From the NCBI RefSeq assembly GCF_001457595.1, contig NZ_LN831039.1, forward strand, positions 4,680,001 through 4,712,000: a stretch of 32,000 nt of DNA, written 5' to 3'. Each line of letters begins with the position of its first letter. The stretch's first letter is position 1. The stretch comes from Mycolicibacterium smegmatis (GTDB lineage: Bacteria > Actinomycetota > Actinomycetes > Mycobacteriales > Mycobacteriaceae). Below the pieces are notes generated by a model. That model was given only the letters and a program-made list of their open reading frames with translations, ran no database searches and was not told where the DNA came from. This document shows positions 28,515 through 32,000 of this stretch, in pieces. The position numbers and the translations under genes were made by a program.

Positions 28515-29968
28515 GAGTCCTCTCCTCCCGATGCTCCCGGTTGCCTCCGTTCGCGCCGTGCGGCCTTACGTTCGGCGGCGCCGACGCGATCGGTCTGCTC
28601 AAGGCGGATGTCGGTGCCGCGCCCGGTCATCGTGACGTCGACACCGGCCGGGGTCTGCGGCTCCCAGTCGAACGTGACGTCACCGATCGTGACCGCGCAA
28701 CCGGGCTTCGCGCCGCGCTTGAGCAGTTCGTCCTCGACGCCCAGCCGTGCCAGCCGGTCGCCGAGGTAACCGACGGCCTCGTCGTTGTTGAAGTCGGTCT
28801 GCGCGATCCAGCGTTCTGGCCGCGTGCCGCGCACGATGAAGCCGCCCTCGCCGTCGGAAGAGATGGTGAAACCGCTCTCGTCGACGGGAATCGGCCGGAT
28901 GATGGGACGCCGCGGCGCGGCGACGGGCTGCGCGTCACGGTACTTCTTGACCATCTCCCACAGTGCAAATATCAACGGGCGCAAGCCATCCCGGCTGACT
29001 GTGGAGATCTCGTACACGGGCCAGCCGAACCGCCCGGCCACCTCGTCGCGGACGAAGTCGGCGAGTTCACGCGCATCGGGAACGTCGATCTTGTTGAGCA
29101 CCACCGCGCGCGGCCGTGATGCCAGATCACCCAGGGCCGAATCCCCTTGCAGGGTCGGGGTGTACGCCGCGAGTTCGGCCTCCAGGGCCTCGATGTCGGA
29201 GATGGGGTCGCGTCCCGGTTCCATGGTGGCGCAGTCGACGACGTGGACCAGTACCGCACACCGTTCGAGGTGCCGCAGGAAATCCAGGCCGAGACCGCGA
29301 CCCTCGGAGGCCCCGGGGATCAGGCCCGGAACGTCGGCGACCGTGTAGGTGTTCTCCCCTGCCGACACCACGCCGAGGTTGGGCACCAGCGTCGTGAAGG
29401 GATAGTCGGCGATCTTGGGCTTGGCAGCCGAGATCGTCGACACGAGAGAGGATTTCCCGGCCGACGGGAAGCCGATCAGTCCGACGTCGGCAACGGTCTT
29501 GAGCTCGAGCGTGAGGTCGCGCTCCTGGCCCTTTTCACCGAGCAGCGCGAAACCGGGGGCCTTGCGCGCGCGGGATGCCAGGGCCGCGTTACCCAGTCCC
29601 CCACGTCCGCCCGCGGCCGCCTCGAACCGGGTGCCCGCACCGACGAGATCGGCGAGCATGCGCCCGTTCTCGTCGAGCACGACGGTGCCGTCGGGAACGC
29701 GCACCTCGAGATCGATGCCTGCGGCGCCGTCGCGGTTGCTGCCCGCACCGGGCTTGCCGGAGGGTGCGACGACGTGGGGATGGAAATGGAAGTCCAGCAG
29801 GGTGTGCACCTGCGGATCGACGACGAGGATGACGCTGCCACCCCGGCCGCCGTTGCCACCGTCGGGGCCGCCGAGCGGTTTGAACTTCTCACGGTGGACA
29901 GACGCGCAGCCGTTACCGCCGTTGCCTGCCCGCGCGTGAATGACGACTCGGTCGACAAACCGGGGCAT
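28511..29968 (-). CDS. obg: GTPase Obg/CgtA
   Basis: [45 protein letters not shown]1 [31 protein letters not shown]. Confidence 0.97.
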   Translation of the reverse strand: MPRFVDRVVIHARAGNGGNGCASVHREKFKPLGGPDGGNGGRGGSVILVVDPQVHTLLDFHFHPHVVAPSGKPGAGSNRDGAAGIDLEVRVPDGTVVLDENGRMLADLVGAGTRFEAAAGGRGGLGNAALASRARKAPGFALLGEKGQERDLTLELKTVADVGLIGFPSAGKSSLVSTISAAKPKIADYPFTTLVPNLGVVSAGENTYTVADVPGLIPGASEGRGLGLDFLRHLERCAVLVHVVDCATMEPGRDPISDIEALEAELAAYTPTLQGDSALGDLASRPRAVVLNKIDVPDARELADFVRDEVAGRFGWPVYEISTVSRDGLRPLIFALWEMVKKYRDAQPVAAPRRPIIRPIPVDESGFTISSDGEGGFIVRGTRPERWIAQTDFNNDEAVGYLGDRLARLGVEDELLKRGAKPGCAVTIGDVTFDWEPQTPAGVDVTMTGRGTDIRLEQTDRVGAAERKAARRERRQPGASGGEDS

Positions 29969-29977
29969 CGGAGATCC

Positions 29978-30045
29978 TTTCCGTTGGATGTGAAGCTATC
30001 GCGAAAGTTCTGTCGAGAACTCCGGCAGCTTCACATCCACGGAAA
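29978..30045 (-). promoter_or_regulatory. Long nested hairpin in the rpmA-obg intergenic region, candidate 5' leader or processing element
   Basis: Arms 29978-29997 (TTTCCGTTGGATGTGAAGCT) and 30027-30045 (AGCTTCACATCCACGGAAA) are complementary over 19 bp with one bulged T. Inner hairpin AGTTCT-GTCG-AGAACT at 30006-30021. Confidence 0.75.
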
Positions 30046-30059
30046 AAGTCCTCGGAGTC

Positions 30060-30326
30060 TCAGGCCTCCGGCCGCGCAACCGGGACGATGTTGACCGTCT
30101 TGCGGCCACGCTTGGCGCCGAACTCCACGGCGCCGGGAGCCAGGGCGAACAGGGTGTCGTCGCCACCGCGGCCGACGTTGACGCCCGGGTGGAAGTGGGT
30201 GCCGCGCTGACGGACGAGGATCTCGCCTGCCTTCACGACCTGACCACCGAACCGCTTGACGCCGAGTCGCTGTGCTGCTGAGTCGCGACCGTTGCGAGAG
30301 CTGGAAGCGCCCTTCTTGTGTGCCAT
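30060..30326 (-). CDS. rpmA: 50S ribosomal protein L27
   Basis: [62 protein letters not shown]. Confidence 0.98.
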
Positions 30327-30342
30327 GTCGAAACGCCTCCTA

Positions 30343-30654
30343 CTACTTGATGCCCGTGACCTTGAGCACCGTCAGCTGCTGACGGTGACCCTGGCGCTTG
30401 TGGTAGCCGGTCTTGTTCTTGAACTTGTGAATGCGGATCTTGGGGCCCTTGGTGTGCTCCAGCACCTCAGCGGTGACCGCGACCTTGGCCAGGTCGTCGG
30501 CCTTGCTGGTGACGTTGGCGCCGTCGACCACCAGGGCGACGGGCAGCGACACCGACGCGCCGGGCTCGGAGTCGAGCTTCTCAACCTTCACCACGTCGCC
30601 GGCGGCAACCTTGTACTGCTTGCCGCCGGTCTTGACGATTGCGTATGTCGCCAT
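30343..30654 (-). CDS. rplU: 50S ribosomal protein L21
   Basis: [45 protein letters not shown]...[24 protein letters not shown]. Start at CAT 30652-30654; the track ORF overextends to 30771. Confidence 0.98.
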
Positions 30655-30770
30655 CGTGTCCTCTGCTCTGCGGGCGCACGTCACCAGGCGGTGTGTGCGC
30701 GGGTCTTGGGTGGCGGGAGGTGGTCCCACCGGCCGCCGGCCTGACCACAGGCTCTGGCGACAACTGGTCA

Positions 30771-30800
30771 AGGGTACGTGACCAGCGGGTAGAGGGTCAA
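30771..30800 (-). promoter_or_regulatory. Predicted SigA-type promoter for rplU-rpmA
   Basis: Minus-strand -35 TTGACC (30795-30800), 18-nt spacer, -10 TACCCT (30771-30776). Confidence 0.55.
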
Positions 30801-30842
30801 ACTGGCCCCCCTGGATCTCGCCTGAGACACCGTGATGCTCGT

Positions 30843-32000
30843 CTAGTCGTGGCTGGGCGGCCCCGCCGGACGTGCCGCGGCCCGGCGGCGCACCCGTGCG
30901 CGCGGCGCCGTCACCGGCGGCTCGTAGACCTCCCGGACCGGCTCTTCGTCCTCATCCGAGTCCGAGTCCTCGTCTTCGTCGGAGTCGTCGTCGGAGTCAT
31001 CCGAGTCGTCGTCTTCGTCGGAGTCGTCGGAGTCGTCGGAGTCATCGGAGTCGCCGATCACCTCGATGTCCTCGTCGAGTTCGTCCTCGTCGTCGTCGAG
31101 TTCGATCTCGTCCTCGTCCGACTCGTCGTCGGATTCCTCGTCGGAATCCAGGTCCGAATCCTCATCCGAGTCGTCGAGGTCCTCGTCGCCCGCAGCCCCG
31201 ACGGCCGCGGTCACGACGTGGGCGCGCTCGTCGGCGTCGTGCTCGTCGCGCGTGTCGTCCCGGACCTCGGCCGCGGTGGTGTCCTCGGCGGTCTCGTGGT
31301 CCTCGTGGTCCTCGTGGTCCTCGTCGCCTTCGTGCTTGCCGTTGGCAGCCGCCATGGCCTTGAACATCGGATGCTCACCCGGCGTGTGGTCCGGGACCTT
31401 CGCGACGTGCACCTCTTCGGTGCGGGCGGCGCCCTTCTTCCCGCGCTTGCCGCGCCGGCCACCACCGCTGCCACCGCCGCCGCTCGAGTCGGACTTGCGC
31501 CCGCCGTTGGACGACGCGGAGTCGATGGGATCGCCGTGCAGGACGATGCCGCGCCCACCGCAGTGCGTGCACGCCGTCGAGAACGCCTCGACCAACCCGG
31601 TGCCCAGGCGCTTACGCGTGAGCTGCACCAACCCCAGCGAGGTCACCTCGGACACCTGGTGCCGCGTGCGGTCCCGCGCGAGCGCCTCGGTCAGGCGGCG
31701 CAGCACCAGATCGCGGTTGGATTCCAGGACCATGTCGATGAAGTCGATGACGACGATGCCGCCGATGTCGCGCAGCCGCAGCTGCCGCACGATCTCCTCG
31801 GCGGCCTCCAGGTTGTTGCGCGTCACGGTCTGCTCGAGGTTGCCGCCCGACCCGGTGAACTTGCCGGTGTTGACGTCGACGACGGTCATGGCCTCGGTGC
31901 GGTCGATCACCAGGGTGCCGCCCGAGGGCAGCCACACCTTGCGGTCCATGGCCTTCGCGAGCTGCTCGTCGATGCGGTGCACCGCGAACACGTCGGGTGC
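30843..32000 (-). CDS. rne: Ribonuclease E/G catalytic-core end plus acidic C-terminal tail, 5' part outside window
   Basis: [72 protein letters not shown]...[39 protein letters not shown]. Confidence 0.96.
   Translation of the reverse strand, partial: APDVFAVHRIDEQLAKAMDRKVWLPSGGTLVIDRTEAMTVVDVNTGKFTGSGGNLEQTVTRNNLEAAEEIVRQLRLRDIGGIVVIDFIDMVLESNRDLVLRRLTEALARDRTRHQVSEVTSLGLVQLTRKRLGTGLVEAFSTACTHCGGRGIVLHGDPIDSASSNGGRKSDSSGGGGSGGGRRGKRGKKGAARTEEVHVAKVPDHTPGEHPMFKAMAAANGKHEGDEDHEDHEDHETAEDTTAAEVRDDTRDEHDADERAHVVTAAVGAAGDEDLDDSDEDSDLDSDEESDDESDEDEIELDDDEDELDEDIEVIGDSDDSDDSDDSDEDDDSDDSDDDSDEDEDSDSDEDEEPVREVYEPPVTAPRARVRRRAAARPAGPPSHD
31017..31052 (-). repeat. Four tandem 9-bp units inside the rne acidic tail
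   Basis: GTCGGAGTC x3 followed by ATCGGAGTC on the + strand, encoding (DSD)n on the minus strand. Confidence 0.8.

Noticed and set aside
29978-30045. rpmA-obg hairpin as an intrinsic terminator
   Set aside because: In the transcribed (minus) direction the U-run precedes rather than follows the stem, and the stem is followed by the obg Shine-Dalgarno sequence.
1-32000. Defence system, phage, integrative element, CRISPR array or RNA gene
   Set aside because: No integrase, transposase, reverse transcriptase, nuclease-effector genes, spaced repeats or tRNA-like cloverleaf were recognised by eye. The VWA/MoxR, sirtuin and rhodanese genes alone are not evidence of defence, given their housekeeping or metabolic neighbours.

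Overview
This window is high-GC chromosomal DNA that looks like a fast-growing mycobacterium (Mycolicibacterium, M. smegmatis-like), judged from protein motifs and gene order. The backbone matches the known mycobacterial holA-to-rne region: holA (partial), comEC-like, comEA-like, degV family, octT-like, gpgP-like, rsfS, nadD, VWA/MoxR pair, proA, rbsK-like, nadE, proB, obg, rpmA, rplU, rne (partial). The main accessory block is 13.6-21.9 kb. It holds a sulfonate/taurine-type ABC transporter translationally coupled to a four-domain rhodanese-like protein, a DszA/NtaA/SnaA-type flavin monooxygenase, and, divergently, two DszC/SfnB-type acyl-CoA-dehydrogenase-fold oxidoreductases. I read it as a candidate organosulfur scavenging system of unknown substrate. 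Structural signals beyond the genes include a 35-bp near-perfect palindrome between the divergent oxidoreductase genes, a nested long hairpin immediately upstream of the obg ribosome-binding site, a TetR-type operator palindrome between a P450 and a TetR gene, and a promoter plus roughly 110-nt leader ahead of rplU. Other points of note are a four-domain rhodanese with one catalytic Cys, a Lys-rich-tailed possible secreted protein, and an acidic repeat tail on RNase E. No CRISPR array, tRNA, rRNA, or transposase was recognised. All family calls come from motif recognition by eye, with no database search.
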